DNA of 46,031 bases from a virus (Duplodnaviria; Caudoviricetes). The notes under the pieces are model-generated. The model ran no database searches and was not told the DNA's origin. It saw only the letters and a program-made list of their open reading frames with translations. Within the stretch, counting starts at the first letter, position 1; the number at the start of each line of letters is the position of its first letter. Below, piece after piece: positions 1 through 6,308 of this stretch. A program made the position numbers and the translations under genes. The stretch is taken from positions 1-46,031 of the IMG/VR virus record IMGVR_UViG_3300025875_000048; one strand, written 5' to 3'.

Positions 1-81
1 GAGTGGAAAGACACCGCATGTACTCATTGAAGAGTTTCGCTAAAGCGTCTTCTGCCTTTATGTGGTGTAGGGCGCGAACTA

Positions 82-534
82 TCATATTGTGAAGTGCTTA
101 GAAATGAATTGTCGGTAGTAAGCAGGTTCTAGTTCCTGCATGATCTCCATTTTCAGTACCCACACATCGGGGCACAATTCGCGAAACAGGGTCTTGTTGT
201 GCTCCCATAAATCGTGCTCTCGCTGGCACAGGAGAATAATATTGCGCGGGTTGGCCCGGTGGGCAGGGTATTGTTTCTGCGTTAGGACGTGGCTAGGAGT
301 GAGCCGGTAGGTAGTACCGCAGTGGGCGCAGCGGTCTTGATCCTCCTTCACTTGCCGGTAGCCGTTGGCCCGCACTTTCAACTTCACTTTCTGTTTGTCG
401 GAAACCTTGGCTATCTCTTTCCGCGCCTTCACCACTACCGGCCGCTCCGCTTTTATCCTAGCCTGATTGCACGAGGCACACAAGCCTAATTCCCGGTTCT
501 CCAACTTCGTGCAGCCACAGCTACAGACGCGCAT
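82..534 (-). CDS. HNH-like endonuclease / zinc-binding protein
   Basis: CAHC...SH...N..LLC...H pattern typical of phage HNH domains, plus N-terminal Cys pairs. Confidence 0.7.
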   Translation of the reverse strand: MRVCSCGCTKLENRELGLCASCNQARIKAERPVVVKARKEIAKVSDKQKVKLKVRANGYRQVKEDQDRCAHCGTTYRLTPSHVLTQKQYPAHRANPRNIILLCQREHDLWEHNKTLFRELCPDVWVLKMEIMQELEPAYYRQFISKHFTI

Positions 535-536
535 GG

Positions 537-779
537 TTACGCAGCCTGCAGGTGCAGGCCCGCCCGACGCCCTCTTTCCTCGTTGCTCATGCGCTCCAAC
601 ACCTCCAATACTTCCATGTCCTGCACAATGCCTTTGCGGGCGTTCTGAATGCGCGTCAGAGACTTTTCCGGCAGGGCTTTATTCACGTCCTCGGTGTAGC
701 TGCTAGGCAGCACCAGGTTAGCAAGCCGACCGTGGTAAGCCAGCTTTTCTTGCGGGGTTAATTTGGCTTTTCGTCCCAT
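537..779 (-). CDS. Cro-like first gene of the lytic early operon
   Basis: 80 aa basic protein divergent from the XRE repressor; assignment mainly positional. Confidence 0.55.
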   Translation of the reverse strand: MGRKAKLTPQEKLAYHGRLANLVLPSSYTEDVNKALPEKSLTRIQNARKGIVQDMEVLEVLERMSNEERGRRAGLHLQAA

Positions 780-792
780 GTTTGTTATTTAA

Positions 793-823
793 TTTGGTTT
801 GTTTGTTAACAAAACTACCTTTG
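793..823 (+). promoter_or_regulatory. Bacteroidota sigma70 promoter for the repressor
   Basis: TTTG (793-796), 19 nt, TACCTTTG (816-823); matches the TTTG-N19-21-TAnnTTTG consensus. Confidence 0.75.
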
Positions 824-862
824 TGCGGCGGCTATATATGCCCCTGCCTATTGGTAACACAA

Positions 863-894
863 TAAAGGTAGCCAAATAAGTTAACAAACACAAA
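863..894 (-). promoter_or_regulatory. Bacteroidota sigma70 promoter for the cro-like operon
   Basis: Minus-strand TTTG (894-891), 20 nt, TACCTTTA (870-863). Confidence 0.7.
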
Positions 895-910
895 GAAAAA
901 GATAACAAAG

Positions 911-1381
911 ATGAGCACTTCCGAATCAATTGCCGACAGGGTACGGCGGCTGCGGGACGCGGCCGGGATGACCCAGGCCGAATTAGCCGACGAAAGCGGC
1001 ATTTCCCGGCCTTCCATGAACGAAATCGAAACGGGTATTACCGCCAAGCCCCGACGTTCCACCTTAGTCAAGATTGCCGGGGCGCTGGGCGTATCCACCG
1101 ACTACTTGCAGACCGGCGGCGAAGTGACAGCAAAGGCAAAGCCAGCTTATCCGGTTATGACCGTCGTGCAATCCACAGAACGCGAACAGGAGCTACTGGA
1201 ACGTATCCGTTCTTTGGAAGCTGACAAGGCGTTGCTGATTGAAATACTCCGCACCGGGGGCGACCTCTCCAAGCTCGGCGGGTCTTTTAATTTGGATAGC
1301 CCGGAAGCAGTCGAAACCTACACGCACCAACGCATGGTAGTAGCTGGCTTAGTCCGCTACCAGATGCGGTTGGCCGCGTAG
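911..1381 (+). CDS. XRE-family HTH phage repressor (CI-like), no S24 peptidase domain seen
   Basis: RVRRLRDAAGMTQAELADESGISRPSMNEIETG HTH_3 motif; LVKIAGALGVSTDYL. Confidence 0.9.
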   Translation: MSTSESIADRVRRLRDAAGMTQAELADESGISRPSMNEIETGITAKPRRSTLVKIAGALGVSTDYLQTGGEVTAKAKPAYPVMTVVQSTEREQELLERIRSLEADKALLIEILRTGGDLSKLGGSFNLDSPEAVETYTHQRMVVAGLVRYQMRLAA

Positions 1382-1408
1382 GTTCCGCTGGGCTGTCCTA
1401 ACGACTAA

Positions 1409-1629
1409 GGCCCCGTTTGCGCCCCGGCAAACAAACTCCTTGGTCGTAAGCTGCTATAAAAGAACTAGTTAGGAATCCATGTCTAATCCCATCCTCTCTA
1501 CCCTTCTTTTATAGCAGCCCCTGACCCGTATCGGTCAGGGGCTTTTTTATTGCCCTACGGCCCGAAAAACGCGGTTTACAGCCGCCTAGCCGCTATTCGG
1601 TGCGGCCCCGGCTGCGCCCCGGTAAATAA
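1409..1629. other. Putative attP: tRNA 3'-end-like core with flanking inverted and direct repeats
   Basis: Core AATCCCATCCTCTCTACC (1485-1502); 15-bp perfect inverted repeat 1450-1464/1504-1518; 22/26 direct repeat 1409-1434/1604-1629; immediately upstream of the integrase. Confidence 0.65.
1516..1551 (+). terminator. Rho-independent terminator after the attP core
   Basis: GCCCCTGACC-cgtatc-GGTCAGGGGC followed by TTTTTTATT. Confidence 0.85.
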
Positions 1630-1731
1630 TTCGGAGGCCCGGCGCAAAAAAACCGGGCCTCTTTGACAATCATTTTAGTAGAAAAGCGTGTACTTACTAT
1701 TCTTGTTAGTATCCACGTTCTCCTACTTTCT

Positions 1732-2946
1732 ATGCAACATTACATGAGTGTCCGCTTTATTTTCCGTCCCTCCGAGGCGGCGGGAACCAATCAGCCCGGC
1801 TCCATTATCTGCCGGATTACCGTCGATAAGGCCCGGCGCAAGTTCACCACTGACGTGTCCTGTCTGAAAAAGAATTGGGACGCCAACGCCCAGGCGGTTA
1901 AAGGAACCAGTCGGGCAGCGCGAACCAATAACATTAAGTTGACCGCTATTCGGGACGACATTAATGAGCACTACCTAAATCTCGAACGAGCTAAAGAGCA
2001 TATTACAGCCGACCGGCTACTGCGGCTCTACATGGAGAAAGGCAAGGTGCAGATCAGCATGATTGCCGCGTGGGCGCTTTGGCAGGCGAGCCGCAAACCA
2101 CTGGTGGGTATTACAATCTCTGCGACTTCGCTCGGCAAAGGGGAGTTACGCGGCAAACGGTTGGCGGCCTTTCTGGAATCGGCCGGGCAAAAGGATATAA
2201 CACCGGACGAATTTGACGAAGGCTGGTGTGATCGGTTTATGGATTGGATGCGGGTTCACCGCGCCGCCTCCCAGAACTACACCAATAAAGTCGTGCAGAG
2301 TGTCAAGCAGTTTCTGAAATGGTGTGTCAAGCACAAGCACGCCAAAAAGAACCCGCTGGCGGATTACTCGTTAAAGTTCGCCCCGCCAGCCACTCCGTTG
2401 TTTATCTCCAAGCCCGAATTAGATTTGCTGGCCACCTATCCGTTTGTCTCCGAGGCGCTGCGCAAGGTAGCGGACGTGTTTCTGTTTCAGTGTTATACGG
2501 GCCTGGCCTATGCTGATTTAAAACGCTTCAACGCCAAACAGGACACGCAGATACGCGGTGGGCGGTGCTGTATTATTATGACCCGGCAAAAGACCGCCCA
2601 CAGCACGGGACAGGAAGCGATTATCCCAGTGCTCAACCGCACCGAAGCGCTGTTAGCCCGGTACGGGGAAACCTTGCCCGTGCCCACTAATCAGGTCTAT
2701 AACCGGATGCTCAAAGAGGTTGCCAGTATTGTCGGGATGAGTCAGAAAATCACCTCCCACGTCGGGCGCAAGACTGCCGGCCGGTTGTGGTTGGACGAAG
2801 GGGTGAGTATGCCGGCAGTCAGTAAAGCACTAGGGCATAAGAACGTAGCGATGACCGAGCGTATTTACGTCAAGGTAGGAGAGGAGCTGGTACAGCGGGA
2901 ATTTGAGCGCGTGTACGGTAAGCAGAAACCCGATAAAGCCGCCTAA
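1732..2946 (+). CDS. int: Tyrosine recombinase/integrase, Bacteroidota type (ORF track start 1663; ATG 1732 or 1744 more likely)
   Basis: N-terminal arm-binding region (IICRITVD), FQCYTGLAYADL, SHVGRKT (HxxR), LGH and C-terminal Tyr. Confidence 0.93.
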   Translation: MQHYMSVRFIFRPSEAAGTNQPGSIICRITVDKARRKFTTDVSCLKKNWDANAQAVKGTSRAARTNNIKLTAIRDDINEHYLNLERAKEHITADRLLRLYMEKGKVQISMIAAWALWQASRKPLVGITISATSLGKGELRGKRLAAFLESAGQKDITPDEFDEGWCDRFMDWMRVHRAASQNYTNKVVQSVKQFLKWCVKHKHAKKNPLADYSLKFAPPATPLFISKPELDLLATYPFVSEALRKVADVFLFQCYTGLAYADLKRFNAKQDTQIRGGRCCIIMTRQKTAHSTGQEAIIPVLNRTEALLARYGETLPVPTNQVYNRMLKEVASIVGMSQKITSHVGRKTAGRLWLDEGVSMPAVSKALGHKNVAMTERIYVKVGEELVQREFERVYGKQKPDKAA

Positions 2947-3158
2947 CCATGAGCCCCACCCACTACCGACTAGCCGAACGCGCCTTCTTACGTCACACCT
3001 ATACCCGTAGTATCCTTCTCTGCACTGGGTATTTTACCACTCCTTGGCAGTGGTATTGCTGGCGACGACAAGGTCATGCGTAAGTATAGAATTTTGGCAT
3101 TTCGATTTTGCAAACCCCGTTTCTGGAGCAGGAGCAGGGTTTTCTCTACACCTGATAT

Positions 3159-3207
3159 TTATTTAATATGTAACTGTTGCCAATTTCAAATTAAATAATC
3201 ATCTTTG
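3159..3207 (+). promoter_or_regulatory. Promoter with flanking 9-bp inverted repeat (operator candidate)
   Basis: GTTG (3176-3179), 20 nt, CATCTTTG (3200-3207); TTATTTAAT 3159-3167 / ATTAAATAA 3190-3198. Confidence 0.5.
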
Positions 3208-3238
3208 TATCACTCCAACACCAATAAGCACTACCGCC

Positions 3239-3709
3239 ATGTCTACTACTACTGCCTCCGCCATCTTCACCGCCGCCCATGCTGCTGCCAAAGTTGCTGA
3301 TGCCGTGGTGGTCTACAAGGTGCGTTTCTCTACTGCCCTCAAATCGGCCTGGGCTGCCGCCAAACAAACCATCAACGCTATTATGGAAACCCCCAGCACC
3401 GCCGTAGTAACTTTCAACAATGGCCGCACCGCCACCTTCGCGCTGACTGCCGAGGCACAGGCGCAGCACCGCGCCACCATTGCCGCTCATTTTGCCGGTG
3501 ACACTCGCCGTGATGACTCGTTTTACACCGCCGAAATGAATGCACTTGGCAATGCCGAGTATGTAGAGCAGCTGGGCGCTCCTTATTACTTCTGTGAATT
3601 AGTAAGCGTAGCACAAATTGAGCGCCGCTTAAGTGGTGGCATCAACCGCTTGATCAAGCAAAGCGGCGCCGAATACGTCGCTGCTGAACGTCACGAAGAC
3701 AGCTTGTAA
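3239..3709 (+). CDS. Hypothetical protein (anti-defence candidate by context)
   Basis: 156 aa ORF with its own promoter and a downstream hairpin; Ala-rich helical N-terminus. Confidence 0.75.
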   Translation: MSTTTASAIFTAAHAAAKVADAVVVYKVRFSTALKSAWAAAKQTINAIMETPSTAVVTFNNGRTATFALTAEAQAQHRATIAAHFAGDTRRDDSFYTAEMNALGNAEYVEQLGAPYYFCELVSVAQIERRLSGGINRLIKQSGAEYVAAERHEDSL

Positions 3710-3710
3710 T

Positions 3711-3742
3711 GCAAAAGCCGCCTGCTCTACAGCAGGCGGCTT
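3711..3742. terminator. Likely bidirectional terminator hairpin; U-tail on minus strand
   Basis: AAGCCGCCTGCT-ctac-AGCAGGCGGCTT, 12-bp perfect stem; minus strand ends CGGCTTTTGC. Confidence 0.8.
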
Positions 3743-3842
3743 CTCACACGGCCCGATTGAAGCTAGAGCAATCTACTGCTCACTGTCTATTTCAATTCCC
3801 TGACGGGTCCGATTAATACTTCACCTGGGGTCCGATTGAGGC
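3741..3842 (-). CRISPR. Orphan mini-CRISPR / crRNA-like unit with type I-B-like repeat
   Basis: Full repeat GTATTAATCGGACCCGTCAGGGAATTGAAAT (3819-3789) ending in an ATTGAAA(N) handle; truncated copies at 3842-3820 and 3763-3741; 25-nt spacer 3788-3764; no cas genes in the window. Confidence 0.65.
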
Positions 3843-3851
3843 GCTAACATA

Positions 3852-4118
3852 ATGGAAGAAACCGAAAAAAGAAAACCCGGCCGGCCCGTCGGCTCTAAGA
3901 ATCCTGCCACCCACACCGCCGGCCGTCCGAAAGGCCAGCCGAAAACCGGCGGCCGGAAAGCGTCGGGCGTGGTTAAAAAACGAAAGTATTTCCGCCTTGC
4001 TGAAGACGTGGCAACTCTTATAGAGTCGCGGCCTAATCAAGCGGCCTTTATAGAAGCCGCCGTGCGCCACTACGTTACAAGCCTGGCAGACAATATGAGA
4101 AGGGAAGGCCACGCATAG
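3852..4118 (+). CDS. Small DNA-binding protein (AT-hook-like GRP motifs plus ribbon-helix-helix-like C-terminus)
   Basis: KPGRPVGSKN, AGRPKG, then KYFRLAEDVATLIESRPNQAAFIEAAVRHY. Confidence 0.7.
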   Translation: MEETEKRKPGRPVGSKNPATHTAGRPKGQPKTGGRKASGVVKKRKYFRLAEDVATLIESRPNQAAFIEAAVRHYVTSLADNMRREGHA

Positions 4119-4124
4119 AATTTC

Positions 4125-4200
4125 AGGCCAGTAGTATTCCGGAAGAAACGCACGAACAAACGGGTCGTGAAAGCGTTGGGTTCGACTCCCCGCTGGCCTG
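4125..4200 (+). tRNA. Degenerate tRNA / tRNA-like RNA (no assignable anticodon)
   Basis: Acceptor AGGCCAG/CTGGCCT, T8A9, GG-containing D-loop, stem CACGA/TCGTG with a 9-nt loop, GGG-TTCGACT-CCC T-arm; 76 nt. Confidence 0.55.
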
Positions 4201-4202
4201 CT

Positions 4203-4514
4203 TCATTTTCGCATTAAATCAGGATACTTATCCGGGTCAATGCGCCACCGGCCATCTTTGCTGAACATGTACACGTTGGAGACTTCCCGTACGACGGGAT
4301 ACTCCCAGTGCTTGCGGGTATCCTGCCAGTCGTTGTCTTGTATATCGGCTAGCAACGGTCCGGCGTCTTCGTAGGCTTCGCGGTGGGCATCATCTTGTTT
4401 GCTCAGCACGCGAATCTTCCGACGGTAGGCCCGGTTGGCATACCGCTTGTCTTGCTTTTCAGAAACCGCCGTCGTAACACCCACAAAGGGGCTCTTCTTA
4501 ACCGAACGCGCCAT
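4203..4514 (-). CDS. Hypothetical basic protein (103 aa from ATG 4514)
   Basis: ATG 4 nt after a TATATTAG -7-like element (4526-4519); Arg/Lys-rich N-terminal half. Confidence 0.75.
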   Translation of the reverse strand: MARSVKKSPFVGVTTAVSEKQDKRYANRAYRRKIRVLSKQDDAHREAYEDAGPLLADIQDNDWQDTRKHWEYPVVREVSNVYMFSKDGRWRIDPDKYPDLMRK

Positions 4515-4526
4515 ACTGCTAATATA

Positions 4527-4576
4527 CAAACAAACCCGGCAGCGCATACTCCCAATCGAGTATCACTTGCCGGGTT
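4527..4576 (-). terminator. Terminator-like hairpin ending candidate ncRNA B
   Basis: AACCCGGCA/TGCCGGGTT stem with inner ATACTC/GAGTAT, followed by TGTTTG on the minus strand. Confidence 0.6.
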
Positions 4577-4580
4577 GTAA

Positions 4581-4673
4581 CTACAGGGCAAGTCCAAGCA
4601 CCCCTGCCTGACGGATAACGCGCTGGGGTGAACCGAGCACCCGTGTTTGCCGGTAGCTAAGCGGCTTGTGCAG
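4581..4673 (-). ncRNA. Candidate structured ncRNA B (about 93 nt, multi-stem junction)
   Basis: Begins just after a perfect TATCTTTG -7 element (4683-4676); CUGCA/UGUAG closing stem and three internal hairpins; terminator-like hairpin downstream. Confidence 0.5.
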
Positions 4674-4686
4674 TGCAAAGATAACA

Positions 4687-4724
4687 GCAAAACACCAGCC
4701 TTCGCATGCACGGGGCTGGTGTTT
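4687..4724 (-). terminator. Terminator ending candidate ncRNA A
   Basis: AAACACCAGCC/GGCTGGTGTTT 11-bp stem; U-rich tail on the minus strand. Confidence 0.75.
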
Positions 4725-4860
4725 CATTCGTTCCCTTTCGGGTTGTGTGATCCGGCGGCCGTGGCGTTCGGATGTGAGAGGTGAAGCAGGTTGCAAGCCG
4801 TGGCACCTATTCTTTGCAAGTATGGTACCGACTGACGGCCCCCTTTCGGGCCTGCTTCAT
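4725..4860 (-). ncRNA. Candidate structured ncRNA A (about 170 nt including terminator)
   Basis: Begins after TATATTTA (4870-4863); 9-bp stem UGAAGCAGG/CCUGCUUCA, two CCC-GAAA-GGG tetraloop hairpins, nested GGCCGU/ACGGCU and GGUACC/GGUGCC stems. Confidence 0.55.
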
Positions 4861-4938
4861 TGTAAATATACGAGGCTTTCTCCTATACTAAGAAGAGAGG
4901 GGGGGCTAAGCCCACACGAACCCACACGGATATGTACG

Positions 4939-5151
4939 CTAAATGGCTTTATTCGTACATATCGGGCCTATATGTACACACGGCGTACACATGGCCGACG
5001 GCGGCCGGGCAAGTGTCCTGTTTGTCTTCTTCCCAAGATTAAGCACCGACCAGGCCACAGCCGCTGCCGAAAGGAACAGACAGAAGATACTAAAGCCAAC
5101 GGCCACGTCTTCCGTTATATAGGTATGCAGCCAGTGATAGATGGTGTTCAT
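4939..5151 (-). CDS. Small membrane protein, hypothetical
   Basis: ATG at 5151 abuts the upstream stop; one hydrophobic segment. Confidence 0.5.
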   Translation of the reverse strand: MNTIYHWLHTYITEDVAVGFSIFCLFLSAAAVAWSVLNLGKKTNRTLARPPSAMCTPCVHIGPICTNKAI

Positions 5152-5152
5152 C

Positions 5153-5662
5153 TTAGGATGCCTTTGCTTGCTTGCAGTTTTCCATTTCCTCAAACATGAT
5201 ATTGAGCCTTGACTTCATTTCCTGTGGAATCAAGTGAGCGTGCTCTTTGCAGTATGGGTTTCCCTCCTTGTCACTTGTCCAATTACAGGGTGTTTCGCAC
5301 ACCACGCAGCGGGTGGTCGGCTCAAGCACTTTACCGCTGAACATACCGCACCCGTTGCAGAAAGCGCCACCATTGGTATAGCCCTTTCGGTCCCACCCTT
5401 TGTCGTGTAGGCAGGCGTTGGCTTTCTCGAATTTCTCAAATGCCTTGGCTTCCGCCTCTTCAACCGTCGCCCCTTCACCCCGAATGAAGGTACCGACGCC
5501 GTTACACGTTGGAAAGGCCTCAAAGAAAGCGGTGGTGTATGCGCCCTCTTCGCCGCCGATAACTAGACCGTCGTCCCCGGCCTGCACCCCGCACTCTTCC
5601 GGCCAATCTTTCAAGCAGGTATATGGATTATTGAAGGTGCGGCGGGCGAGTTTAGCAGGCAT
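5153..5662 (-). CDS. Hypothetical protein with C-terminal Cys/His zinc-binding motifs
   Basis: ATG 5662 downstream of TATATTTA (5692-5685); CNGC, CVVC, C...CKEH. Confidence 0.75.
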   Translation of the reverse strand: MPAKLARRTFNNPYTCLKDWPEECGVQAGDDGLVIGGEEGAYTTAFFEAFPTCNGVGTFIRGEGATVEEAEAKAFEKFEKANACLHDKGWDRKGYTNGGAFCNGCGMFSGKVLEPTTRCVVCETPCNWTSDKEGNPYCKEHAHLIPQEMKSRLNIMFEEMENCKQAKAS

Positions 5663-5793
5663 AGTAGTAGGGGTTGATTGAGTATAAATATAGTACTCAC
5701 CAACCACTTAAACAACTGACTATCAGACTAGTTATCCACAAAATCAACGCCTACCAAAATACGCGAAACCCGTGCCGAGCCTATACCGCCGCC

Positions 5794-6306
5794 TCATTGC
5801 TCCAGCAGGTCTAGTTCCATCTGGTGCGGAGCGACCTGCGTTCCACCGAAATAAAGGCCGTGCGTCAACCCATAGCTGGGCAGCTTGCCGTGCGGTACTT
5901 CAATACTACCTCTGTTGTTGCCATCCGTTACGGTAAACCGATACAGAGATTTTTCAACCGTCAGGTAGCAGTAGTACGCTTTACCAAGTTGCAGGCGGGC
6001 GACTTCGGGAAAGCGTAGCTGGCTGTCTTGGTTGCGCTTACCATCAACATAGCAATAGGCGACGAGTACAATCGTATCGTCAGCGGGGTCGTAGTACCAG
6101 CCGAACCGCGCCGAGTTCTTATGCACCGCTAACAGCCCAAAGGACAGGCCGAAAAGCTTGTTCACATCGAGCTTGTTGTAGTCTGGCAGCGTGTAGCGGC
6201 ACGACTCAGTAAAGAGCACCATTCGGCGCATGGTGGTTTTACCGAAATGCAGGCAGGAGGCCGACGGCTTGGCTTCGTGCTGGCCTTGGGGGATGGTGTA
6301 GCGCAT
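5794..6306 (-). CDS. Hypothetical phage protein, beta-rich (possible lectin-like fold)
   Basis: DVNKLFGLS..HKNSARFGW..LYFGG; ATG 6306 coupled to the upstream ORF. Confidence 0.7.
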   Translation of the reverse strand: MRYTIPQGQHEAKPSASCLHFGKTTMRRMVLFTESCRYTLPDYNKLDVNKLFGLSFGLLAVHKNSARFGWYYDPADDTIVLVAYCYVDGKRNQDSQLRFPEVARLQLGKAYYCYLTVEKSLYRFTVTDGNNRGSIEVPHGKLPSYGLTHGLYFGGTQVAPHQMELDLLEQ

Positions 6307-6308
6307 AA

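Larger units (their letters stand above)
781..909. promoter_or_regulatory. Putative repressor operators (TTTGTTA/TAACAAA half-sites)
   Basis: TTTGTTA 781-787, palindrome TTTGTTAACAAA 802-813, GTTAACAAAC 880-889, TAACAAA 903-909. Confidence 0.55.

Noticed and set aside
2480-2520. Integrase box I reads TGLAYAD instead of TGLRxxE, suggesting inactivation
   Set aside because: The TGLAY variant is common in Bacteroidota tyrosine integrases, and HxxR, LGH and Tyr are intact.
2949-3083. 44-codon ORF right after the integrase
   Set aside because: Short, with no recognisable motif; cannot be supported.
4581-4860. Hammerhead, twister, HDV/theta ribozyme or retron msr-msd
   Set aside because: No recognisable catalytic core by eye and no reverse transcriptase in the window; left as unknown RNAs.
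4383-5199. ORF-track calls 4383..4580, 4403..4711, 4581..4796 and 4666..5199
   Set aside because: Non-ATG starts, cross terminators and show shadow-like composition.
5732-5740. Perfect DnaA box TTATCCACA
   Set aside because: Single copy with no cluster or iterons; not enough to call an origin.
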